A stretch of DNA of 64,000 nt from Pseudothermotoga sp. (GTDB lineage Bacteria > Thermotogota > Thermotogae > Thermotogales > DSM-5069): the NCBI GenBank assembly GCA_031962025.1, contig JAVRKW010000001.1, one strand, 5' to 3'. Each line of letters begins with the position of its first letter. The first letter of the stretch is position 1. The position numbers and the translations under genes were made by a program. This document shows positions 41,327-50,062 of the stretch, one piece after another. The notes beneath the pieces were generated by a model, which worked only from the letters and a program-made list of their open reading frames with translations, was not told the origin of the DNA and searched no databases.

Positions 41327-42013
41327 TCACGCCTCCTCTCCACGGGATGCTTTTTTCATTTTCAATTCCTGCTGGAAAACAAAAACTACCAGTGATCTTT
41401 CTAATTGTTCAGGAAGTTCGAGAAATTGTACGCCATATTCGTAAAAACCGGTTGCTTCGTTTTTTCCGGCAGATCTCACAATCTGTGCCTTTTGCTGATA
41501 AAGTTTGATGTTTCCCAGATCCAGATTCACAAAGATTGGCTGTCCAACTTCAAGAATCTTGCTTGTACACATCAACATACCACCGGCACTGAAATCACGT
41601 GTCAAAAAACTGTATTCTTTGTCATCTCCGGGCAAATTATATGTCCCATTCAATACAAGTGGTATTCTGACATATCTTCGTCTTTGAATTCTTTTGACAG
41701 TCGGAGGAATTGTTATGTGCATTGTTAGAAAGTTGTCTTCATCTCTTCCATAGTCTAAAACACGGCTTGAAAAACCATAGACGACTTTATCTGACAGTGC
41801 GGTCACATAGATAAAATCGCCTCTTGGTAGAGGAACAAACCTTCCTTTCAAGCTTGGCATGGCTATCTTGAGTATACCTCTGTCAAAATATACTTCGTGA
41901 ATGGTGCTTTTGAGGACATCCTTTTTACCATCCTTGGACTCGACTTCTATGAGCAAAGGCATTCCCGGTCTGATAACCGTCTGTGCATCAACCTGAATGA
42001 TCTGCTCAGCCAT
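41327..42013 (-). CDS. YcgR-like PilZ-domain c-di-GMP-binding flagellar brake protein
   Basis: QRRRYVR (RxxxR) and DFSAGG (DxSxxG) motifs. Confidence 0.9.
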   Translation of the reverse strand: MAEQIIQVDAQTVIRPGMPLLIEVESKDGKKDVLKSTIHEVYFDRGILKIAMPSLKGRFVPLPRGDFIYVTALSDKVVYGFSSRVLDYGRDEDNFLTMHITIPPTVKRIQRRRYVRIPLVLNGTYNLPGDDKEYSFLTRDFSAGGMLMCTSKILEVGQPIFVNLDLGNIKLYQQKAQIVRSAGKNEATGFYEYGVQFLELPEQLERSLVVFVFQQELKMKKASRGEEA

Positions 42014-42022
42014 TCAAGCACC

Positions 42023-42853
42023 TCAACTGACACCGAAAAGTGCTTTTACTTTGTCGATGAAGGACAGTTTCCTGACAGGTTGTTTTTTCGATACTATATC
42101 TGCTATTCCGTGAATTGCCAGAGCTGGTTGAGACATCTTTTTTACTGTTACAAAAGGAATTTGTTTGTTAACGCTGTCTTTGACCAGCGGTTCATAGCGA
42201 ATCAAATGAGTTGATGTGATCGGAATACCTGCAAATCTGGTTATAACAGAGACAAATCTTTCCATAACCTTTCTTCCTTCTCGCATATCCCTGACCATGT
42301 TCATAACTATGTGAAAACCGTCTGGGTCAACACCTTTTACTGTCATCAGCTTCACAAAAGTATAGGCATTCACAAGCGAAGTTGGCTCACTGGCAGTGAT
42401 CATTATGAGATGGTCTGAGCTTGCGTAAAACCTTTCGAGTTCTTCGTTAAAGCCAGGGGGAAAATCAAAAATCACAAATTGGTAATTAGATGCCACACGC
42501 TGAAGATGGTTGTACAGATCTGATTTGTCCTGTAGGTTGAATGTTATTAGATCATCCACATCCATACCCGTACTTATCAGATCGACCTGATAAGGTGTCT
42601 GGAAAATGATTTTTTCAAGATTGACGCGCTTTTGCAGGAAATCTTTCAGCGTATTTTTCGGTGTAACACCCATTAATATTTCGGCATTGGCAAAACCGGC
42701 ATCGGCATCGAAGAGAAGTACCTTTTCACCTCTTTGTGCAAGTACTATAGCCAAATTCACCGAGATTATTGTCTTGCCAACGCCGCCTTTTCCGCTTGCC
42801 ACACTTATTACCTTTGGCTGGTCCTTTAACAACCCTTCAGCTTGATTGTGCAA
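42023..42853 (-). CDS. flhG: MinD/ParA-family flagellar number regulator FlhG
   Basis: SGKGGVGKT, DADAGFAN, and N-terminal NQAEGL. Start moved to TTG 42853 after GAGGTG. Follows flhF. Confidence 0.9.
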   Translation of the reverse strand: MHNQAEGLLKDQPKVISVASGKGGVGKTIISVNLAIVLAQRGEKVLLFDADAGFANAEILMGVTPKNTLKDFLQKRVNLEKIIFQTPYQVDLISTGMDVDDLITFNLQDKSDLYNHLQRVASNYQFVIFDFPPGFNEELERFYASSDHLIMITASEPTSLVNAYTFVKLMTVKGVDPDGFHIVMNMVRDMREGRKVMERFVSVITRFAGIPITSTHLIRYEPLVKDSVNKQIPFVTVKKMSQPALAIHGIADIVSKKQPVRKLSFIDKVKALFGVS

Positions 42854-43943
42854 CCTTAAGCACCTCTTTCGAAAAAATGTATGCAAGCTCCCTGGCATTA
42901 GCTTCCATGATGTCCTCTGGGACTCTTTGACCATTGGTGATAAAGGCAATCGGAGCATTACTCGTCTGTGGTACATTTATTATATGCCCATATGATTTTG
43001 TCTCATCCATTTTTGTGAGAATCACATGTGTATACTTTGCAACGGCAAAACGGTTCATGATATCTTTGAAATCTGAATACTTGCAGTTCATACTCGCGAC
43101 TAAAAAGCAGATATGCGGTGAGATTGTTTCAACAAGCGCTTTCAACTCGCTCATCTGTATGTCGTTGTTTTGACTTCTGCCGGCAGTATCCACCAGAATG
43201 GTATCAAAATCCTGCATGGCGTCGAGTTCCAGTCTTGCTTCTTTTGGTGTATAAGCCACTCTCATTGGTATATCCATGATTGTGGCGTAGGTTTTCAACT
43301 GCTCCGTAGCTGCTATTCGATAAGTGTCAAGCGTGAGAATTGCTATTTGTTTTTTCTCAACGAGCTTCAGTTTTGCCGCGAGTTTTGCCAGAGTCGTCGT
43401 TTTACCAACGCCGGTTGGTCCTACAAGCAGTACTACTTTCTGAAGTTGCGGTACTTCGGTTTTCATAAAAGGTATTATGTATTCAGCGAGTTTTTGTCTA
43501 AAAGTTTCGTCAATCTCAACGTCGCCGTATGCTATTCTTATATATTCAATGATTCTATTTATGACCGACGGGTCAACGTCCTGGCTTTGAAGGGCTCTGA
43601 AAAGTTTCTGGATATTTTGGGGAAGATCACTCTGCCTGTTCAGACTCAAAATCGATTTCATTTCCTGAATCATCTGCTTGAGTTCTCTTATTTCCTCATC
43701 CTGACGCTTTTCTTTGTTTTTCACCAGCAGTTCCTGAAACTTGTAAACATCGTTGCTCTCAGCTCTGTAAGGCTTGTCTTCGCAGACGGCAGTAACCTCC
43801 AGATATCTTTTGGCACCTATTCCCAAAAATCCACCTTTTCGAACACTTCGGGTGCTCAGTATAACGGCATCCTCACCCAAATCTCTTTTGATCTGTTCGA
43901 GGGCTTCTTTTATGTCGTTGACCATGTATTTTTTAACCTTCAC
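42837..43943 (-). CDS. flhF: SRP-family GTPase FlhF
   Basis: GPTGVGKTTT, DTYRIAA, DTAGRS, TKMDE and GQRVPEDI. Confidence 0.96.
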   Translation of the reverse strand: MKVKKYMVNDIKEALEQIKRDLGEDAVILSTRSVRKGGFLGIGAKRYLEVTAVCEDKPYRAESNDVYKFQELLVKNKEKRQDEEIRELKQMIQEMKSILSLNRQSDLPQNIQKLFRALQSQDVDPSVINRIIEYIRIAYGDVEIDETFRQKLAEYIIPFMKTEVPQLQKVVLLVGPTGVGKTTTLAKLAAKLKLVEKKQIAILTLDTYRIAATEQLKTYATIMDIPMRVAYTPKEARLELDAMQDFDTILVDTAGRSQNNDIQMSELKALVETISPHICFLVASMNCKYSDFKDIMNRFAVAKYTHVILTKMDETKSYGHIINVPQTSNAPIAFITNGQRVPEDIMEANARELAYIFSKEVLKVAQSS

Positions 43944-45982
43944 AGCCTGACCACACCCTCTATTTGAACTGTTACATCGTCCGGAAGCTCTTCATATGCT
44001 ATGGTTGGTACATTGGGAAGAAATCTCCTTATAGTTGATGAAAGATACGGTCTTATAGCACTGGAGCAAACAACAACCGGGGAAAAACCTTTTTTCATAA
44101 GACCTTCAAGTTGCTTTGAAGTCTTTTCCATCAGTTCTCTGAGAATCTGTGGATTGAGTGCAATTTTCTTTTCTCCGTTGAAGTCCTGTATGGAATCCAG
44201 TATCCTCTTTTCCAGCTCATGGTCAAAGGCTACGGCGTGCACTTTGCCATCGTCAGAGACCACTGACTGTACTATCTGACGTCTCAGTGCCCTTCTGACC
44301 TGCTCAACAAGATAGGTCATATCTGTTGATTTTTCACCATATTCCAGCAAAGTCTCGAAGATCAATGGAAGATTTCTTATGGATATCGCTTCACTCAAAA
44401 GCTTTTGCAAAATCTTTTTCACATCTGCCTGTTTCAGAACAGTTGGCATCAGGTCGCTGACAAGCTGTGGAAATTTTTCCTTCAGTCCATCGATCAACAT
44501 GTTGAATTCTCTTGCACCAAGTAGATCCGGTGCATTTCTTTTTAATACCTCTGTTAAATGAGTTGCAAACACCGTTGGTGGATCGACGACTGTATAGCCA
44601 AGCCTTGTTGCTTCATCCTTGCGAGATGGCTCAATCCAGAAAGCTGTCAGTGAGAAAGCCGGTTCTTTTGTTTGAATACCTGGGATCTTTTCGACAGCCG
44701 TACCTGGGTTTATTGCCAGTAATCTATTTGGCATCAATTCATATCTGGCAACTTCCGCACCTCTTATTTTTATCAAATATTCGTTTGGTTTGAGCAGTAC
44801 GCTGTCTCTTATTCTAACTGGCGAGATGACCAGACCAAGATCGAAGGCTATTTGTTTTCTTATCATTGTCACCCGTTCGAGTAGATCACCGCCCTGGGCT
44901 GGATCTGCAAGCGGGAGCAAGCCATAACCGATCTCGATTTCCACCGTATCTGTTTGAAGCACCTCGGCAACTTCCTGTGGCGTGGTCAGAATGGGTTTTG
45001 TCGGTGCAGCAGCCGCTGGACCTATAGGTGCAGGCGAAACCGGTTGAGGAGCAGCTCGAGCTGTGTAAATGGCAAGTGCAATGAAGATAATACCGATGAC
45101 GGTACTCGTTAAAGGTAGTGGCGTGACGATGCCCAAGAATGCCAGTATCACGCCTGTTATGATTATCACCTTTCTTTCTGAAGAAAGTTCTTTCACAAGG
45201 TCCTGTCCGAGATTTTCCTTGGATGCCGCTCTTGAAACGAGAATACCGGTAGCCGTTGAAACGAGTAAGGCGGGAATTTGTGAAACCAGGCCATCTCCAA
45301 CGGTCAGAAGTGTGTAGACCTTTGCCGCGTCGGCAATTGAAAGACCATGCTTTAAAATTCCTATGAGAATACCACCTATTATATTCACAAGCACTATGAT
45401 TATGCTCGCAATGGCATCTCCTCTGACAAATTTCGTCGCACCATCCATTGCACCGTAGAAATCTGCCTCTCTGCGGATCATTTCACGCCTCTGCCTTGCC
45501 TCCTGTTCGCTGATCAGACCTGCATTTAAATCGGCGTCTACGCTCATCTGTTTTCCAGGCATGGCATCGAGTGTAAAACGGGCTGCAACCTCTGCTATTC
45601 TTTCAGCACCACGGGTTATCACAATGAACTGAATTATGACCAGTATTATGAACACCACAAGTCCAACGATGTAATCACCTTTCACAACGAATTCTCCAAA
45701 TGTCCTGATAACCCTTCCCTGAAATTGCTCCCCTTCAATAAGAATCAGCCTTGTTGAAGCCACATTCAATCCGAGTCTGAACAGCGTGATTATGAGTAAC
45801 AGAGTGGGAAAAGATGACATATCCAGAGCATGCTTTATGTACATGGTTGATAGCAAAATCACCAAGGAAAGAGCAATGTTGAGCAGCTGGAAAAAGTCCA
45901 GCATCAAATCGGGAATAGGTAATATCATCAAAAAAACTATTGCCACTATGAGAACGGCAACAAAAATATCCACATTCTTCAT
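43940..45982 (-). CDS. flhA: Flagellar export protein FlhA
   Basis: RIAEVAARFTLDAMPGKQM and FYGAMDGA.KFVRGDA. Confidence 0.98.
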   Translation of the reverse strand: MKNVDIFVAVLIVAIVFLMILPIPDLMLDFFQLLNIALSLVILLSTMYIKHALDMSSFPTLLLIITLFRLGLNVASTRLILIEGEQFQGRVIRTFGEFVVKGDYIVGLVVFIILVIIQFIVITRGAERIAEVAARFTLDAMPGKQMSVDADLNAGLISEQEARQRREMIRREADFYGAMDGATKFVRGDAIASIIIVLVNIIGGILIGILKHGLSIADAAKVYTLLTVGDGLVSQIPALLVSTATGILVSRAASKENLGQDLVKELSSERKVIIITGVILAFLGIVTPLPLTSTVIGIIFIALAIYTARAAPQPVSPAPIGPAAAAPTKPILTTPQEVAEVLQTDTVEIEIGYGLLPLADPAQGGDLLERVTMIRKQIAFDLGLVISPVRIRDSVLLKPNEYLIKIRGAEVARYELMPNRLLAINPGTAVEKIPGIQTKEPAFSLTAFWIEPSRKDEATRLGYTVVDPPTVFATHLTEVLKRNAPDLLGAREFNMLIDGLKEKFPQLVSDLMPTVLKQADVKKILQKLLSEAISIRNLPLIFETLLEYGEKSTDMTYLVEQVRRALRRQIVQSVVSDDGKVHAVAFDHELEKRILDSIQDFNGEKKIALNPQILRELMEKTSKQLEGLMKKGFSPVVVCSSAIRPYLSSTIRRFLPNVPTIAYEELPDDVTVQIEGVVRL

Positions 45983-46004
45983 CAGGGCACTCCCTTAATA
46001 CTAA

Positions 46005-46013
46005 ATTATACCA
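46005..46013 (-). promoter_or_regulatory. Candidate internal extended -10 promoter upstream of flhA
   Basis: Minus strand TGGTATAAT in the flhB-flhA gap. Confidence 0.5.
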
Positions 46014-46029
46014 AATATGAAACTAATCA

Positions 46030-47160
46030 CTATCGCAGAGAATAAACATAGGCAAGTATCTCGGCGACTGCTCTATAGAGCCCTGATGGAATCTGTTCTC
46101 CGATATCTGTCATTTTATAAAGCTGGCGGGCAACTTCGGGGTTTTGAACAACTGGTATACCATTTTGCCTTGCTATCTCAACTATCTTTTTTGCGATCTC
46201 ATCTGTACCCTTTGCTAAAACAACTGGTGCTTCCATTTCATCTGGATCGTACTTCAAAGCTACCGCGATATGTGTGGGGTTTGTGATTACAACATCTGCC
46301 TGTGGTACCTGCTGAAGCATTCTTCCCCTGGACAACCTTGCCATGATTTCTCTCTGCCTTCTTTTTATTTCTGGACTACCTTCGATTTCTCGATACTCTT
46401 CTTTCAGTTCCTGCTTTGTCATGCGTATACTCTTTTCAAATTCCCACCTTTGATAAAAATAGTCAATAATTGCCAGCACAAGCAGGGCAATTGAACACTT
46501 GAGCATCACTTCATATACTAAGTTGAATATGAACTTCATTGAATCACTCAATTGTACGTCTGAATAGAGACTGAATGAATTGAACTTTGGTTTGATCACA
46601 GTGTATGCCACATAGCCTACGATGATCATCTTGAATATAGATTTTGCAAGTTCAAAAAGACTTCTTGTTGAAAACATTCGTTTGAATCCCTCTATTGGAT
46701 TTATCCTTTTTAAATCGGCTTTTAATGGTTTAAAAGACAAAAGAAAGCGCGTTTGCATCGCACCAATGACAATTCCAGAGATTGCTATTGAAAAAAACAA
46801 AACAGCAAGCATCAGTAGAACATTATTGAATATATGATAAGTCCTGGATGAAATATCATCCAAAAAATCAAAACCATCCAAGGATAAAAAAGGAATACTG
46901 CCCAAGATCGAAAAATCAATCAGCCTTTGCATGATGAATTTCATAACAATGGTTCCAGTCAAAAAGGAGACTGCCATGTTGAGTTCTCTGGATACGGCTA
47001 CTTGTCCTTCCTCACGAGCCTTTCTTCGCCTTCTCGGTGTGGGTTTTTCAGTTCTCTCAGGGTCTGCGAACAGTTGAAGATCTATTTTGAAAGTACCTGA
47101 ATGAAATAATCTAAGAAATTTATGGTCTTGTTCGCTATCTGGGAAAAGACATCTGCCCAT
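46030..47160 (-). CDS. flhB: Flagellar export switch protein FlhB (start uncertain: ATG 47160 or ATA 47085)
   Basis: DLQLFA..RTEKPT.RRRRKAREEGQ, EGSPEIK and the NPTH autocleavage site. Confidence 0.96.
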   Translation of the reverse strand: MGRCLFPDSEQDHKFLRLFHSGTFKIDLQLFADPERTEKPTPRRRRKAREEGQVAVSRELNMAVSFLTGTIVMKFIMQRLIDFSILGSIPFLSLDGFDFLDDISSRTYHIFNNVLLMLAVLFFSIAISGIVIGAMQTRFLLSFKPLKADLKRINPIEGFKRMFSTRSLFELAKSIFKMIIVGYVAYTVIKPKFNSFSLYSDVQLSDSMKFIFNLVYEVMLKCSIALLVLAIIDYFYQRWEFEKSIRMTKQELKEEYREIEGSPEIKRRQREIMARLSRGRMLQQVPQADVVITNPTHIAVALKYDPDEMEAPVVLAKGTDEIAKKIVEIARQNGIPVVQNPEVARQLYKMTDIGEQIPSGLYRAVAEILAYVYSLR

Positions 47161-47858
47161 ATCGGTATCATCCCCACAAAGAGTATAAAACCAACCAGTA
47201 CCTGCAATGGCATACCAACCATGAAAACATTCATCTGCGGTACAAGCCTTGATACTATACCAAGGGCTATAGAGACGACAAGCATGAATCCTATGATTGG
47301 CAATCCTATCTTCATCGCTATTTCAAACATTTCGGTGGTCTTGCTGGTCAGGATGCTGACAAAATCAAAATTGGTGATCGTTCTGGACAGTGGAACAATT
47401 CTGAGTGAATCAACGACAGCCTGATAGACCAATAGATGACCTTTGAGTGAAACAAAAACGTACAGACCGAGTATGTACAGAAGCTCTCCCTGAAGAGGTA
47501 CTTCCTCTCTCTGCGGGTCGAAAACCGACGACATAGCAAAACCCATCTGTGTTCCAAATATCTCACCTGAAACGCTCAGTGCAACAACTGGAAGCAGGGC
47601 TAAAAAACCTATGGCAAGTCCAAAAGTGTAGTTGCTGAAGATCGCAAGTACGATTTGCAAAACAGGTGTGTTCAGAGCTATGGATTCATTCACCACAGGT
47701 AAAGATGTCCAGCTCAGAAAGATTACTAAAAGGATCTTCACCTGGACTGGCAAAAACCAGTCACCGAAGAACGGTGCTATTGTGAACATACCAGCCGTTC
47801 GTGTTACTATCAGGATCCAGCATATAAACTTCGTCTCAAGAAATTCCCTTAGATCCAA
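47082..47858 (-). CDS. fliR: Flagellar export protein FliR
   Basis: APFFG, GEIFGTQMGF and RLVPQMNVF. Confidence 0.95.
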   Translation of the reverse strand: MDLREFLETKFICWILIVTRTAGMFTIAPFFGDWFLPVQVKILLVIFLSWTSLPVVNESIALNTPVLQIVLAIFSNYTFGLAIGFLALLPVVALSVSGEIFGTQMGFAMSSVFDPQREEVPLQGELLYILGLYVFVSLKGHLLVYQAVVDSLRIVPLSRTITNFDFVSILTSKTTEMFEIAMKIGLPIIGFMLVVSIALGIVSRLVPQMNVFMVGMPLQVLVGFILFVGMIPIWADVFSQIANKTINFLDYFIQVLSK

Positions 47859-47859
47859 A

Positions 47860-48126
47860 TCAGATCATTCCAATCAACTTTTCCCACATCTCTTGAGCGT
47901 ACTCAATGAGCTTCTGAAACATCCAGCTTCCCAAAAATGTTATGGTTAAAAGCATGAGTATTATCTTCGGCGCAAAGGTTAATGTCTGTTCGTGTATCTG
48001 GGTGACTGCCTGGAAAATACTTATGACTAATCCAACGATCAGGCTCACCAGCAAAACAGGTGTTATTACAACTATGACTGTCTGAATACCATCTTTGAAT
48101 GCGTCTACAAAAAGCTCAAGAGTCGT
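47860..48126 (-). CDS. fliQ: Flagellar export protein FliQ; apparent non-canonical ACG start
   Basis: SIFQAVTQIHEQTLTFAPK motif. The frame is open back to the in-frame fliP stop. ACG at 48126 lies 7 nt after GAGGTG and gives 88 aa. Confidence 0.9.
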   Translation of the reverse strand, partial: TTLELFVDAFKDGIQTVIVVITPVLLVSLIVGLVISIFQAVTQIHEQTLTFAPKIILMLLTITFLGSWMFQKLIEYAQEMWEKLIGMI

Positions 48127-48132
48127 ATCGAA

Positions 48133-48885
48133 TCACCTCGCAAAACTTTTTATCAAGCCTGCTACAACTAAATCCCAGCCGTTCACTGCTATGAACAGCA
48201 ATACCTTGAATGGAAGTGAGATCAGCACAGGTGGAATCATGATCATACCCATACCAAGTAATACACTTGCAACAACCATATCTATGACGATGAAAGGAAT
48301 GTACAGCAAAACGCCCATCTTGAAACCAAGTTCCAGTTCACCGAGCACAAAGGCAGGTATGATTATTGTATTGGGGATATCATCGATCTTGTCATACTTC
48401 TGTCCGACACTCGATGCAAGCAAAAATGCATTGTCTTCGTTGTGGTGGTTTACCAGTTCATTTACCATGAAAACACGAACCCTTTGCATCATTCTCGAAA
48501 AAAGTTCCTGATAACCTATCTCTCCCTTCATATAGGGTGTAATTGCTTTGTTGTATATATCAGACCAAACGGGTTGCATGATGAAGAACGTCAAAAAAAG
48601 TGCCAGACCCACGAGAACCTGTGAAGGAGGAGTTTGTCTTGTACCAAGAGCGTTTCTCAAAAATGAAAATGCGACGATTATCCTTGTGAATGATGTAAAA
48701 AGGATTATTATACTCGGTGCCAGACTCAATATCGTTAAAACAAGGAGAATTTCAAGAGTTACAACTAAATCTCTTTGATTTTGAGCCGGTGAGATTCCTA
48801 TGCTGATCGAAGGAAATGGCAACTCTTCCTGAGGAAGGATCAAGGTTGGCAGAAGAATAAGTATCAGTACCAGAACTTTTCTCAT
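48133..48885 (-). CDS. fliP: Flagellar export protein FliP
   Basis: TSFTRI, RNALGTRQTPP, PFIVIDMVVAS and SLPFK. Confidence 0.97.
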   Translation of the reverse strand: MRKVLVLILILLPTLILPQEELPFPSISIGISPAQNQRDLVVTLEILLVLTILSLAPSIIILFTSFTRIIVAFSFLRNALGTRQTPPSQVLVGLALFLTFFIMQPVWSDIYNKAITPYMKGEIGYQELFSRMMQRVRVFMVNELVNHHNEDNAFLLASSVGQKYDKIDDIPNTIIIPAFVLGELELGFKMGVLLYIPFIVIDMVVASVLLGMGMIMIPPVLISLPFKVLLFIAVNGWDLVVAGLIKSFAR

Positions 48886-49211
48886 TTTTCTTCTTTTCCT
48901 TTCTCGCGCCTTCCAAGTTTTCTAAAAAGCATTTGCGAGAAACTTTCAACCTGCTCCAATTGACCCACATCATTCTGCGATAGTTCCTTGAGAACAGTTG
49001 CACTATTTGGTGTAACAAGCAGGAAAAAATAATTTTCCATGATTTTAACCAGAACTATTGAGCAGTTTTTATCCACGTAGTACCTCTCGAGTATCTTTAT
49101 ATTTCTCGAGGCACCAAAAACATTTCGTCTTTTGACGATAAAATACACTATGGCGAGAAATACTATCAAAAAGGTGAAAGCCAGGAGCACCTGTAAAAAG
49201 AGCGATCCTAT
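48882..49211 (-). CDS. fliO: Flagellar export chaperone FliO/FliZ (start uncertain: ATA 49211 or GTG 49190)
   Basis: Single N-terminal TM, then IKILER......SIVLVK......LLVT; located between cheY and fliP. Confidence 0.8.
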   Translation of the reverse strand: MGSLFLQVLLAFTFLIVFLAIVYFIVKRRNVFGASRNIKILERYYVDKNCSIVLVKIMENYFFLLVTPNSATVLKELSQNDVGQLEQVESFSQMLFRKLGRREKGKEEK

Positions 49212-49225
49212 TCATCCCACCTCGA

Positions 49226-49585
49226 TCAACCGACTTTTTGAAGGGCTTCCACAACCCTGCTGTGCTGGAATGGCTTTACAATAAAATCTTTTGCTCCAGC
49301 CTGAATAGCTTCTATCACCATAGCCTGCTGTCCCATGGCACTGCATACGATGATTTTAGCATCCGGTGCAAATTCTCTGATCTTTTTTATTGCATCAATA
49401 CCGTTCATTTCGGGCATAGTGATGTCCATTGTGACTATATCTGGTTTCAATTCTTTGAATTTCTCAACAGCTTCAACTCCATTCGCTGCCTCTCCGACAA
49501 CTTCATAGCCGGCTTTGGTTATTATGTCCTTAAGGAGCATTCTCATGAACGCGGCATCGTCAACTATCAGTACTCGTTTTGCCAT
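49226..49585 (-). CDS. cheY: Chemotaxis response regulator CheY
   Basis: VDDAAFMR, MDITMP and KDFIVKPF; TAATG overlap with cheW. Confidence 0.97.
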   Translation of the reverse strand: MAKRVLIVDDAAFMRMLLKDIITKAGYEVVGEAANGVEAVEKFKELKPDIVTMDITMPEMNGIDAIKKIREFAPDAKIIVCSAMGQQAMVIEAIQAGAKDFIVKPFQHSRVVEALQKVG

Positions 49586-50046
49586 TACCATACCCCCTCA
49601 CTACTGTATTCTCCAACGGCGATTAACTCGCCAAGTATTCTTTCCAGGTTTAGATAAACTATCAATTCCTCATTTTTCTTGATGATACCCTTGCATTTTT
49701 CACCAAATTTTGCAAGCTCTTGCAATTTTTCAACTTCAGCCACGTCACACCGTAAAACACCCTTGACCTTGTTCACCAAGAAACCGACTTCGATTTCTTC
49801 CCAGTTAACGACAACGACTTTTTCATCCTGTGATTTTTCACAGTTGATTTCTAACAGCATTCCCAGATCTATCACAGGTACGATTCTTCCACGCAAGTTC
49901 ATGACACCGAGGACAGTTTTTTTCGATCTCGGTACAGGTGTTATATCTGGTTTCTCTATGACCATACTCACATGTTCAACATCGAACGCCATCTCTTGAC
50001 CACCAACATCGAATACAAATACCTCAAATTCCGTTTCGTTTTGCAT
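49585..50046 (-). CDS. cheW: Chemotaxis coupling protein CheW
   Basis: ITPVP and GVMNLRGRIVPVIDL; ATG 50046 after GGGAGG. Confidence 0.95.
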   Translation of the reverse strand: MQNETEFEVFVFDVGGQEMAFDVEHVSMVIEKPDITPVPRSKKTVLGVMNLRGRIVPVIDLGMLLEINCEKSQDEKVVVVNWEEIEVGFLVNKVKGVLRCDVAEVEKLQELAKFGEKCKGIIKKNEELIVYLNLERILGELIAVGEYSSEGVW

Positions 50047-50062
50047 AAGATCCCTCCCAAAG

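Noticed and set aside
43170..43967. 265-aa plus-strand ORF opposite flhF
   Set aside because: Antisense shadow with the Phe/Leu-rich composition expected from reverse-read Lys/Glu codons.
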